A DNA stretch of 28,531 bases from an uncultured bacterium (GTDB taxonomy: Bacteria; Hydrogenedentota; Hydrogenedentia; Hydrogenedentales; JAEUWI01), in assembly GCA_963977445.1 (NCBI GenBank), contig CAXBPH010000068.1:1-28531 (forward strand), written 5' to 3'. This document shows, one piece after another, positions 8,766 to 17,598 of this stretch (position 1 is its first letter; the number at the start of each line of letters is the position of its first letter). The notes under the pieces were generated by a model. It was not told the DNA's origin. It saw only the letters and a list, made by a program, of their open reading frames with translations, and did no database searches. The translations under genes and the position numbers were made by a program.

Positions 8766-9530
8766 TCAGGGTTTGATAAACCAGACAGCATGGCCGTCAA
8801 TAGGTTGAAGTGTCAGCCCATGGAGCCCCGCTTCACCAAAGTAATCGTGGACGGCCCGGCGACAGCCCGACCAACTGCCGTAGTCGTCGATGACCACCAC
8901 GCCCCCAGGCACTACCTGATAATAAAGCGTTTGGAATACTGTCGTAACCGAATCATACCAATCGGCATCGACGTGAAGAAGGGCAATAGGCCCGATGGCT
9001 TCGGCCTGCTTCGCCAGCGTTTCGTTGAACCAGCCAGGGATGATTTGGAGAGATGATGGCACCGTTCCGGCAAGGCGGTGAGCCTCCTCCACCCGAGCCA
9101 CGGCCCCCGTGCACCAGCCAGGGAAATAGCCATCCCGCACCACCGCATCGTCGTTCTCGGTGGGTTCCGGGAGGCCCTCAAAGGAATCGAAAAGCCAGCA
9201 AGGTCGCGTCGCCCCATGTTGCGAGAGCCCCGCAGCGACCATGGCTGACGATCCCCCATTCCACACACCACACTCCACCACCGCACCCTCGGGCCCCTCT
9301 TGTGCCAGCAGGCCACCCAGTTCATAGAGCTTCTTCAGTCGGGGAAGGGCCACCATGGTGTATTGGGGCACGAGTTTCCGGGCCAGTTTGAGGAAGTGTG
9401 GGTCGACCCGTTCGCCCGCGAAACCCAGGCCCCATCGTTGCCACTCGAGACGTGCGCGCAAGAGCAGTTTGCCAAAGGGCGTGTCGGGTCCAGTAAGTTG
9501 ATAGCGGTTCATGGGCGGCTTCCTGTGCAT
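8766..9530 (-). CDS. TylF/MycF (macrocin O-methyltransferase) family protein
   Basis: VVECGVWNGGS, LFDSFEGLP, GWFNETL, LLHVDADWYDS, IDDYGSWSGCRRAV; start may be 9512. Confidence 0.88.
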   Translation of the reverse strand: MHRKPPMNRYQLTGPDTPFGKLLLRARLEWQRWGLGFAGERVDPHFLKLARKLVPQYTMVALPRLKKLYELGGLLAQEGPEGAVVECGVWNGGSSAMVAAGLSQHGATRPCWLFDSFEGLPEPTENDDAVVRDGYFPGWCTGAVARVEEAHRLAGTVPSSLQIIPGWFNETLAKQAEAIGPIALLHVDADWYDSVTTVFQTLYYQVVPGGVVVIDDYGSWSGCRRAVHDYFGEAGLHGLTLQPIDGHAVWFIKP

Positions 9531-9603
9531 GTCGTCCGGGGTGAACGAGCTAAGGGGGATAGCCTACGACAAGCGCACGGGAGTAACCAAATTGTCTACG
9601 AAT

Positions 9604-9619
9604 GGGTGACTGTACCCGG
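9604..9619 (+). repeat. REP-like palindrome GGGTGACTGTACCCGG (copy 1)
   Basis: Identical 16-mer at 10544-10559. Confidence 0.6.
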
Positions 9620-9649
9620 ATAGGGAGGCGATTTTCTCTTACAACCGAG

Positions 9650-10069
9650 TTAGGACCAAGGATTGTAGATGCCGATACCGCTACGTTCGAAGTCACCCCT
9701 ATTTCGCGTGACCACCGTCAGATTGTGTGTCCGTGCTGTGGCACAGAGGAGGCCATCAATACTTGGGAGGGGCGTGCCCCCTTTTTCCAGCGATGCCTGG
9801 ATGCGCGCCCACGTGATCGCGACTTCCGCATCGATATCCAGAATGCGCCCCGCGAAGCGACGCCGGAGATCGCGGTCCAACCAGGACTGAAGGGCGTTGC
9901 GTCTTTTTCCAGGCGCGAGTTTCTCGATGCCCTTCTGAATCTCTCCCAGCGTAAGGACACTCATAAACAGGGTGCTTTCGTCACAGGATTCCATCCAGGC
10001 GAGGACGCCCCGGTTGGGGCGGGCACGGACCATCTCGGAGAGCACGCAGGTGTCGATCAGGTAGTTCAA
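9650..10069 (-). CDS. vapC: Type II toxin, PIN-domain ribonuclease
   Basis: YLIDTCVLSE, LGEIQKG, DGLLCATA, VVTRNRGDF; 4-bp overlap with the antitoxin gene. Confidence 0.92.
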   Translation of the reverse strand: MNYLIDTCVLSEMVRARPNRGVLAWMESCDESTLFMSVLTLGEIQKGIEKLAPGKRRNALQSWLDRDLRRRFAGRILDIDAEVAITWARIQASLEKGGTPLPSIDGLLCATARTHNLTVVTRNRGDFERSGIGIYNPWS

Positions 10070-10311
10070 AGCACGACGTCGCGGGGCAGATCGCGGGGGC
10101 GTTCCAGTTCGAGGCCGCGCAGCGGAGACTTGCGGAAGAATTCCACGAGGCTATCCGGACCCCGTTGCAAGCGCTCATAGTCCTCACAGGAAACAACGAC
10201 CACCGCCTTCTTGCCGTGGCGCGAGACTTCCTGTGGCCCTTCCTTGAGCGCGCGGTCAACGACCTCACTGAATCGATTCTTGGCTTCTTGCAGTTGCCAC
10301 GTTTTTTCCAT
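10066..10311 (-). CDS. Type II antitoxin, Phd/YefM family
   Basis: WQLQEAKNRFSEVVDRA...GPQEVSRHGKKAVVVVS. Confidence 0.92.
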   Translation of the reverse strand: MEKTWQLQEAKNRFSEVVDRALKEGPQEVSRHGKKAVVVVSCEDYERLQRGPDSLVEFFRKSPLRGLELERPRDLPRDVVL

Positions 10312-10335
10312 GGTGGGTGCTCCGTTGCTTGAAAG

Positions 10336-10362
10336 TCTAGCCAGACTGTCTAGATTGTATCA
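10336..10362 (-). promoter_or_regulatory. TA operon promoter with palindromic operator
   Basis: Minus-strand extended -10 TGaTACAAT abutting the imperfect palindrome TCTAGACAGTCTGGCTAGA, typical of Phd-type autorepression. Confidence 0.55.
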
Positions 10363-10457
10363 TGCATCTTTGGCATTGGGAAGTTCCCCGGCAACAAAGA
10401 ACATGAGGAACTCGTCGGGTGGCACGGACAAGTCTGCAAGACTTGCCCGTGTGTTGT

Positions 10458-10559
10458 GGGGACAGTATCCCGCCTTCGGCGCGTCTTCGACCCCCGTAGC
10501 GGCAGCGACGTTGCACGTCAGTGGAATGGAGACGTCAGCAAGGGGGTGACTGTACCCGG
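10458..10559. repeat. REPIN-like inverted pair GGGGACAGTATCCC ... GGGTGACTGTACCCGG
   Basis: Arms pair at 11/14 positions; the right arm is the exact copy of 9604-9619. Confidence 0.5.
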
Positions 10560-10564
10560 TGCCG

Positions 10565-10638
10565 ACTCTTCGTGTCTTCTCCGTGTCTCTGTGGTGCAAT
10601 CTTTATTGGAACCACAAAGAACGCAGAGAACACAAAGT
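10565..10638. repeat. Imperfect palindrome of the ACCACAGAGACAC(A/G)GAG type
   Basis: Left arm CTTCGTGTCTTCTCCGTGTCTCTGTGGT, right arm ACCACAAAGAACGCAGAGAACACAAAG. Confidence 0.6.
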
Positions 10639-10727
10639 AAGCAAGCCAGACGTCAGGGGCTGCCCTTTTGGCGTACAGGATCCCTCGCACTTGGCGGGTT
10701 GTTTCACGCTTTCGCGGCTGAGGTCAC

Positions 10728-11369
10728 CTAGCACCCAAGCTTATTTCGCCCGAGCCGAATAAAGAAGTCATAACACTCCACGACATCATTTGCGAGTTTA
10801 TTGGCCTCCTGCACCTTGGCTCGCCAAAACTCCGAATCAGGTCCTTTAGAATCCGGATGAATGGCAGAAAATTTAAGATCGTTGTCCAAAGAAAAAGAGT
10901 TAATGTTCAAGAACTCCATGTAACGTCGCACAGCTCTGTAGAGTTCAGACCGGCTATTCTCTAATTCCAGTTCTAGAAACTCATGGTCAGGGACGTCCCA
11001 TTTGTTCAAGAACTCATCGACCTCAACCAATTTATCCCATTCGATTCGTCCGCCCATATCACAATTTCGCAAAAACATGTAACTGGTTCCACCGGGCGGT
11101 ATGGTCTGCAGGAAATCTTGAAAGAGCGCCAAGTCGGTCGCTGTCTTCACCTCCGATTTCTGACGCTCACACTGCAGTTCTTGGAGAAACTTCTCACGTT
11201 CCTTCGCAATCTCACCTTTTACAGTCTCGAACTGGCATGCATACTCGTGCTTGACCGATTCGTCTATTCGTATGCCTATCCATCGTTTGAGAACAAAACT
11301 CAGCAACCCGACCGAAAGTGAAGTGCCACCAAGTATTCCAAGTAGTACGGTTTTCACGGTGGGATCCAC
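10728..11369 (-). CDS. Hypothetical protein with N-terminal membrane anchor and coiled coil
   Basis: 213-aa ORF, GTG start after AGGAGA, hydrophobic residues ~7-27, AT-richer codon use than flanks. Confidence 0.75.
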   Translation of the reverse strand: MDPTVKTVLLGILGGTSLSVGLLSFVLKRWIGIRIDESVKHEYACQFETVKGEIAKEREKFLQELQCERQKSEVKTATDLALFQDFLQTIPPGGTSYMFLRNCDMGGRIEWDKLVEVDEFLNKWDVPDHEFLELELENSRSELYRAVRRYMEFLNINSFSLDNDLKFSAIHPDSKGPDSEFWRAKVQEANKLANDVVECYDFFIRLGRNKLGC

Positions 11370-11643
11370 TGTACAATCTCCTCTAGTCCTTCAACAACAT
11401 CACTCGGGAAGTTGGCTTCTACTTTTCGAGAACGGGGGCTCAACCTGCACTTTTAGGTTACGGATGAATCATTCAGAACAAGTGATTCTCATCTCAAATA
11501 GCAGCGCTGTCTAACCAAGATCTCATAGATTGACGTCCCTAACCCTAAGCTAGAGAGAAAACACATCTAACATATATTGAAAATATAGACAGGCACACAT
11601 TTGATTTGTGCCTCGTCAAAATCTCTCGAACCCGGTATGGGAC

Positions 11644-12573
11644 TCACACTACGGTGAAAGGGAAATCCCACTTTTCAGGATAGCCATCCGTACTGAACGA
11701 GACTAGCAATTCCTTGTGCTTAATTGCTCGCGCTCGAGCGCCAGGCCAAAGATCTGTGCCGGACTTTCCGACCCTCACTGCATTTGACCGTTTCAGGTCG
11801 TATTCGGCCCACTTTCCATCGGGTCTTTTTAATATTCGCCTAATTCTCAAGTCCGCGTCAGTTATGGTGCTATTGCCAGTTAGATGTGCTTTATCTCCAC
11901 AAAGCATCTTGTCGAATGCGCTGGTAATAAGCACGTCGAACCCGACCGCGAGGGCATATGATTCTCTTACGAACGCCTGTAAATCGCTCGGATTCACCGA
12001 GGCGTTCACATTGTGAGCTGCGTCGTGCCTCCGAAGTGTGGCATTAATGAAAGAAGTCTTTGCATTTGGGATAGCCATATCTAGTCGGCTGGACAATGAC
12101 GTAATAAGGTTCCAAGCATCCTTTACTCCGAAAGTTTTTAGAATAGACAGGGTTTCTTCGTCCGTGAGATTGGAGCCCTCGAAACCAAGGGAGTATCGGG
12201 ATAACGCGAAAGATGTCGAATTGGAAGACGCAACAATTGCCGACTCTTCTTGAAGGAACTTTATACCATCCGCAGAGTATTTTTCCCTCTTGAGTATGCC
12301 TTGAAGGGCACCGCGTGTAGCAGCTTTTTTGAGCCTATCGGGCAGGTCATCAAATGGAATACATACTCTGTGAAACGAATCTAGGATCTCCCCGGTTCGA
12401 CGTCTAATAAAATGTTCCAACACCGCGAAACCAAGAATTGCTATGCCATTTCGAAAGGTCTTGGCACGCAGGTTGTGGTCTCTGTCCGATGGTGCGTTGT
12501 CTACAATATCTTCGTGCTCAAGAGCGAGTCTGAATCCGAGCATACCCGAGAGAAAATCAGACTGGGCACTCAT
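11644..12573 (-). CDS. HEPN-like nuclease (MAE_28990/MAE_18760-type) with C-terminal extension
   Basis: ILGFAVLEHFIR helix and RRHDAAH (Rx4H) motif; 4 bp downstream of the DUF262 gene. Confidence 0.72.
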   Translation of the reverse strand: MSAQSDFLSGMLGFRLALEHEDIVDNAPSDRDHNLRAKTFRNGIAILGFAVLEHFIRRRTGEILDSFHRVCIPFDDLPDRLKKAATRGALQGILKREKYSADGIKFLQEESAIVASSNSTSFALSRYSLGFEGSNLTDEETLSILKTFGVKDAWNLITSLSSRLDMAIPNAKTSFINATLRRHDAAHNVNASVNPSDLQAFVRESYALAVGFDVLITSAFDKMLCGDKAHLTGNSTITDADLRIRRILKRPDGKWAEYDLKRSNAVRVGKSGTDLWPGARARAIKHKELLVSFSTDGYPEKWDFPFTVV

Positions 12574-12577
12574 AAAG

Positions 12578-13657
12578 TTACACCGATTTCAACATGTTTG
12601 TAAGCGTCTTAATTCGAGATACAATTCGATCCGGATTTGAGGTAAATTGCCTTACGGCGTTCTCAAACTCGGAATTATCTCTTAAAAGGTCAATCGTCAA
12701 TTTGACGACCTGTTTCCTCTGAGTCACAGCCCTCTGTCGCTGCTTAATCGTGAGCAGTGAAGCGCTAATCATTTGCGCGTCATACATCCCTGCCAGCACC
12801 AAGTTTCGCCATTGCCCTTCATTGAATCGCTTGAATGCATTCGTTCCCCAGATTGACGCACAAAACTTCAAACTTGTGTTGAATTTATCCCGGAGTCTGT
12901 TTATGTAAGGAGACTTCTCGTGCTGATGAGCGTACATGAACATGTCCATGGAGAATCGCATCTTGCCTGAGAAATTCTCCCAGTATTCCGACAGAGTGAA
13001 GAAGCGGAGTACATACTCCGCATCCATCATTTCTCGATAGGCCTTTGCGCTATTGTCCGTTATTTTCAGTTGCTGTTTCAGGAATGGGTTTTCAGCCAAC
13101 TCGAATACTAGGTCATTGAGTTTTCCCCGATAGGCCACGTTCCTTATTTCTTGCGGCAAGAGAGGCTCTCCACCAGTATTCAGCCTTGTAAAGACCTCGT
13201 ACTTTATCTCGGGGTCTGATTGCTTAAGCAGAGTTACTACTCGCACATAGGGACGTATGTTCAATGCGTTCATAATCGATTTCGGCAAGTCTTGGAATTT
13301 TGCTCCCGTAAGTTCCTTGAATCTGCTTAGTGGAGCCAAAGAAAGGTCTTTGCGGAGAAACAAATAGATCGCAGTAAGTCTCTGCTTGCCATCGATTACA
13401 GAATAATTCCCGTAGTCGTCCTCCGCCAAATAAACTGGCGGAATTGGAACATTCAAGATGAAGGACTCTATCAATGCGGATTGCTTGTGGACATTCCAGC
13501 GCTCTCGTCGTTGATACTCTGGCTCTATATCGATCGCTTTACTCTCGATCATATCAGCCAAGGTTGCCAATGAAAGATCTGACGATTGGAGTACTAAACT
13601 ATCTTGAGCCTTCTTGAATCTAGCTTCAACCTTGTCTTTATCAATTACCTCGATCAC
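12578..13657 (-). CDS. DUF262 (ParB/Srx-like, GmrS-type) protein
   Basis: PEYQRRERW, LIESFILNVPIPPVYL, VIDGKQRLTAI, VFTRLNTGGEPLLPQEIRN. Confidence 0.9.
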   Translation of the reverse strand: MIEVIDKDKVEARFKKAQDSLVLQSSDLSLATLADMIESKAIDIEPEYQRRERWNVHKQSALIESFILNVPIPPVYLAEDDYGNYSVIDGKQRLTAIYLFLRKDLSLAPLSRFKELTGAKFQDLPKSIMNALNIRPYVRVVTLLKQSDPEIKYEVFTRLNTGGEPLLPQEIRNVAYRGKLNDLVFELAENPFLKQQLKITDNSAKAYREMMDAEYVLRFFTLSEYWENFSGKMRFSMDMFMYAHQHEKSPYINRLRDKFNTSLKFCASIWGTNAFKRFNEGQWRNLVLAGMYDAQMISASLLTIKQRQRAVTQRKQVVKLTIDLLRDNSEFENAVRQFTSNPDRIVSRIKTLTNMLKSV

Positions 13658-13774
13658 GACTTTACCTCCCGCATCAGTATCCGGCTCAAGAGTGTTGATC
13701 GGCTTGCGCGCGTCAATACCGACACTACTTAGTTACGTATACTACACTACTTTTGGCCGATTAGCATATGCCCG

Positions 13775-15298
13775 TCAGCCCAACAACCCACCCATGGCCT
13801 TAAACCTCGGTGCGAGGGCCTGGTAGTTGGCCTGATATTCGAGGAACCAGGGTTCGTAGGCCGCCGCAGCCGTTTTGTTGGCTTCGAGACGGCTTACTTC
13901 TTTGATGATGTTGTCGCAGCCTTCTTCCACGGTCTTGTAGAGCCCTGCCGCTACGCTGGCAAGAATCGCCGCGCCGTAGGCCGGGCCTTCGTCGACGTTG
14001 ATGGTGACCATGGGGGCGTTGCCCGTGTCGGCGAGCATCTGACGCCAGAGGGTGCTTCGTGCGCCGCCGCCGGAACAGCGGACTTCGCTCACGGGAACGC
14101 CCATGGCGCGCATGACTTCGAGGCTGTCGCGCATGCCGAAGGAGACGCCCTCCAGGACCGACCGGCTCATGTGGGCCCGGGTGTGGCGAAGGGAGAGTCC
14201 GATAAAGGCCCCTTTCGCATCGGGGTCTTTGTGGGGGGTCCGTTCGCCCGTGAGGTAGGGCAGGAAGACAAGGCCTTCGGAACCGATGGCAATATCGGCG
14301 GCTTCGGCGGTGATGTATTCGTAGGGGTCTTTACCTTCCGCCTTACCTTGGGCGATGAGATCCTGGCAGAGGGTGTCGCGGTGCCAGCGGAGGGAGCCGC
14401 CGGCGCTGAGCATGACGCCCATGACGTGCCATTTGCCGGGGACGCTGTGGCAGAAGGTGTGGACGCGGCCGAGGGGGTCGGTGCTTACGTCGTCGGCAAA
14501 GGCGAAGACCACGCCACTGGTGCCGAGGGACGAGGAAATAACGCCCGACCGTACGATGCCGCAACCCACGCCGTTGGCCGCCTGATCGCCGCCACCGGCC
14601 ACCACGGGTATACCGGCGGGGAGGCCCGTCTTTGCGGCGGCCTCGGCAGTGAGGGTGCCCGTGATTTCGGGGCCTTCAAAAGCGGGGGCCATAAAGGTGG
14701 TGTCAATATCGAGGAGTCCCATGAGCTCCGTGTGCCAGCAGCGGTTTTTCACGTCGAAGAGGAGGGTGCCCGAGGCATCGGCCACGTCGGTGGCGAATTC
14801 GCCGGTGAGCAACAGGCGGATATAGTCTTTGGGCAGGAGAACTTTCTTCACGCGCTCGTAATTGGCCGGCTCATTATCCCGCAGCCAGAGAATCTTGGGC
14901 GCGGTAAAACCCGTGAGGGCGGGGTTAGAAACCATGTCGAGGAGTTGGTTCTCCCCCACGATATCATTGATGGCCTGGCACTGGGCGGTAGTCCGCTGGT
15001 CGCACCAGAGGAGGGCCGGACGGATGACCTCGTTGTTGCCGTCGAGGAACACACTGCCGTGCATCTGCCCCGTGAGGCCAATGCCCTTTACGTCGCTTGC
15101 GTCGATCTTACTGGCGAGTTGGGCGAGGGCGTCATAGGCGGCCTGGGCCCAATCGGCGGGGTCCTGCTCGGCCCAGTTGGGCTTGGGGGTGTGAAGGGGA
15201 TATTCCACCAGGGCCGAAGCCAATAATTCGCCTTCGGCATTCATGGCGATGGCTTTTGTGCCGCTGGTTCCGACGTCGACGCCCAAAACGATACCCAT
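13775..15298 (-). CDS. xylB: Xylulokinase (FGGY family)
   Basis: LGVDVGTSGTKA, GLTGQMHG, LWCDQRT, GGGDQAA, FLPYLTGERTPH; start at 15298 after AAGGAGAG. Confidence 0.92.
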   Translation of the reverse strand: MGIVLGVDVGTSGTKAIAMNAEGELLASALVEYPLHTPKPNWAEQDPADWAQAAYDALAQLASKIDASDVKGIGLTGQMHGSVFLDGNNEVIRPALLWCDQRTTAQCQAINDIVGENQLLDMVSNPALTGFTAPKILWLRDNEPANYERVKKVLLPKDYIRLLLTGEFATDVADASGTLLFDVKNRCWHTELMGLLDIDTTFMAPAFEGPEITGTLTAEAAAKTGLPAGIPVVAGGGDQAANGVGCGIVRSGVISSSLGTSGVVFAFADDVSTDPLGRVHTFCHSVPGKWHVMGVMLSAGGSLRWHRDTLCQDLIAQGKAEGKDPYEYITAEAADIAIGSEGLVFLPYLTGERTPHKDPDAKGAFIGLSLRHTRAHMSRSVLEGVSFGMRDSLEVMRAMGVPVSEVRCSGGGARSTLWRQMLADTGNAPMVTINVDEGPAYGAAILASVAAGLYKTVEEGCDNIIKEVSRLEANKTAAAAYEPWFLEYQANYQALAPRFKAMGGLLG

Positions 15299-15403
15299 GG
15301 TGTGTGCTCTCCTTCGTAAGAATTCGGGGGGATGAAAAACTCTCGTAGTTATACCGGGAGAGTTTAACACGACGCAAGGACAGGAAGGCACGCGGGCCCT
15401 GTA

Positions 15404-15504
15404 GGGACTGCCTTCGGCCGTGGGGTATGTGGGTAGGACAAAGGAATGTGCGCCAGCCTGTGGAAGACGCTGTCGGACGAGTTTTTCGGGGCCGAGGCTG
15501 TCCC
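15404..15504 (+). repeat. ~100-bp REPIN-like element, copy 1
   Basis: Ends GGGACTGCCTTCGGCC / GGCCGAGGCTGTCCC are inverted repeats; direct repeat of 15679-15778. Confidence 0.85.
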
Positions 15505-15678
15505 GGCTGTGTTGATTGTCGTCGGTTATTTCACAGGGAACTTCAAGACAGGAGCATCCACCCACATTGCGCGGCCTGAAAAGGTCGTTGTGAAATCTAC
15601 TACGTTGGCGTAATCCGCGGCATAGGGTATTCGGGGGTCTTGGATGTCCTGAAGAACGCTGGAATGATTTCTAACGAC

Positions 15679-15778
15679 GGGACTGCCTTCGGCCCTGGGC
15701 ATGTGGGTAGGCTAGAGGAATGTGCGCCAGCCTGTGCACGGCGGCGGCGGGCGTGTTTTCCGGGGCCGAGGCTGTCCC
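15679..15778 (+). repeat. ~100-bp REPIN-like element, copy 2
   Basis: Same ends as 15404-15504; shared ATGTGGGTAGG and AGGAATGTGCGCCAGCCTGTG blocks. Confidence 0.85.
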
Positions 15779-15781
15779 AAC

Positions 15782-15813
15782 AAAAAGGAGCCATCGGAAA
15801 TCCGATGGCTCCT
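15782..15813 (-). terminator. Rho-independent terminator after the esterase gene
   Basis: AGGAGCCATCGG-aaat-CCGATGGCTCCT perfect stem with an A-run on its left. Confidence 0.8.
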
Positions 15814-15839
15814 CAGCGATGGCAATTTTTGGCTGTTCG

Positions 15840-17381
15840 TTACTTGGCATCAACCGTGATGCCAGGCCAATCGTCGGTGCGGAACGGGTGGGCGGGCAAC
15901 CCGGCTTCGTTGTAGAGGGTCGACACAGGATTGTCGGCCCAGGCATAGCGCACGGAAACCGGATTGGGTACCTCGGGAGAGGATACGAGGACTTTCTTGC
16001 CCTTGACCACGGCGTCGGCCCAGACAAAGTTCTTGTCTTCGCCGGCAATCATGAATCCCGCCAATTCGCCTTTTTTGGGGTGGAGGCCCTTGGCAAAATC
16101 AAAGGAAAGGGTCACGGTGCCGTCTTTGCTGATCTTGTGGGACTTGTAGCGGGGACCACAGGGAACCACATCACGCATACCGTAGTCATAGCGAAGTGCC
16201 CAACGGGCGAGACGACGGCCCACGTCCTGCTTGTTGCGGGGGTGGATGTCGTCGGCCTGACCAATGTCGATGGCCGAAGCGGTGCCCGTGTTTTTGAGGG
16301 CCAGGGTCATGTTCTGGGCTTCCCGGAGTTCCGCCCAGTCGCTGTCGGGGGTCGGCTCTTCCGAACGGGCACGGTAATTGGCCAGTTCCACGAGGTAGAA
16401 GGGGAAGTCGCCCTGATCCCAGTGCATGCGCCAATCTTCAATCATGGCAGGGAAAATGGTCCGGTATTGATAAGCACGTCCAGCGTTGGATTCGCCCTGA
16501 TACCAGATGGCGCCCTTGATGCCAAAGGGCACGATGGGGGCAATCATGCCATTATAAAGGCTGGAAATGCGGTGGGGATGTTCGGGGCCCATGGGTGCCC
16601 GAGGCTTGTCTTTGTCGGTGGCTTCGCCTTTGTCTTTTTTGGCCTGCCACTCGGCAACTTTCCCATCATAATCTGCTTTGGTCTGGGGATAGTTGGCGAT
16701 GATGTCTTCCCAGCGTTCGGTAATGGGCGCGAAAGCGTCTACCTTCTCCACCGTCTCCTGGCTGGTCCACGACTCCGACGGCGTACCGCCCCAGGAGGTG
16801 TGAATCATGCCCACAGGAATATTCAGCTTCTGCTGCAATTCGCGGCCATAGAAATAGGCGACCGCAGAGAATCCGGGAACGGTTTCCGGGGTACAGGCCT
16901 GCCAGGTGCCTTCGCAATCTTCCTGGGGCGTGTCGGCGGTGACCCGGGTCACATAAAAGAGGCGCAGGTTGGGAAAGTTGGCCGCCGCAATCTCTTTTTC
17001 GGCGTCGTTGGAGTTGCTTACGGTCCACTGCATGTTGGATTGGCCCGAAGCGACCCAGACTTCCCCCATGAGGATATCGTCGAAATAGAGGGATTCGGCA
17101 CCCTGGCTGACCCGGAGGTCATAGGCCGTCGTGCCCGCAGGCAGGGATTTCAGGGTGGCCATCCAGTGCCCATCAGCCCCCACGGTGACTTCCTGGCTTT
17201 TTCCGGCGAATTCGATCGTCAGGACGGCACCAGGGTCGGATTTACCCCAGATGGGATTCTTTTGTTTCTGCTGCAACACCATGTGGCTGCTGAAAATGCT
17301 GGGCATCCATATTTCCGCCTGGGCGCTTACACCCAGAACGGCGACAACGGCCATCAGGCCGAGTTGACGAAGTAATCGCAT
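15840..17381 (-). CDS. Sialate O-acetylesterase-like (SGNH/SASA) carbohydrate esterase, secreted
   Basis: Signal peptide; GEVWVASGQSNMQ, WGGT, IWYQGESN, DIHPRNKQDVG, VRYAWADNP. Confidence 0.9.
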   Translation of the reverse strand: MRLLRQLGLMAVVAVLGVSAQAEIWMPSIFSSHMVLQQKQKNPIWGKSDPGAVLTIEFAGKSQEVTVGADGHWMATLKSLPAGTTAYDLRVSQGAESLYFDDILMGEVWVASGQSNMQWTVSNSNDAEKEIAAANFPNLRLFYVTRVTADTPQEDCEGTWQACTPETVPGFSAVAYFYGRELQQKLNIPVGMIHTSWGGTPSESWTSQETVEKVDAFAPITERWEDIIANYPQTKADYDGKVAEWQAKKDKGEATDKDKPRAPMGPEHPHRISSLYNGMIAPIVPFGIKGAIWYQGESNAGRAYQYRTIFPAMIEDWRMHWDQGDFPFYLVELANYRARSEEPTPDSDWAELREAQNMTLALKNTGTASAIDIGQADDIHPRNKQDVGRRLARWALRYDYGMRDVVPCGPRYKSHKISKDGTVTLSFDFAKGLHPKKGELAGFMIAGEDKNFVWADAVVKGKKVLVSSPEVPNPVSVRYAWADNPVSTLYNEAGLPAHPFRTDDWPGITVDAK

Positions 17382-17598
17382 GTGATTTGTTCCTTCCATT
17401 ATTTCCGGTCAGTATTGAATTAATACGCAAGAGAGGCAGGGTAGCAAAAAGTGGGCAAAAGGACAAATCAGAGGCCCGGTGGAATTACGCCATTCATTGC
17501 CGATGTGACTTTTCGCTATAACTGGACAAGGGAAAGAGATGCGCGTTAAAATCTTCTACGTAGCAAAAACCCTTTCATCGGTTGAGGAGTGTCTACTT

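Noticed and set aside
11588..11617. Palindrome GACAGGCACA...TGTGCCTCGTC after the HEPN gene; also considered integron attC sites between island genes
   Set aside because: Single weak copy that may be a terminator. No RYYYAAC/GTTRRRY-bounded attC structure or integrase was seen.
15299..15565. 89-aa N-terminal extension of xylB
   Set aside because: It reads through the 100-bp repeat; a good RBS and family start lie at 15298.
15720..17375. 551-aa plus-strand ORF
   Set aside because: Antisense shadow of the esterase gene caused by GC-rich codon bias; no motifs.
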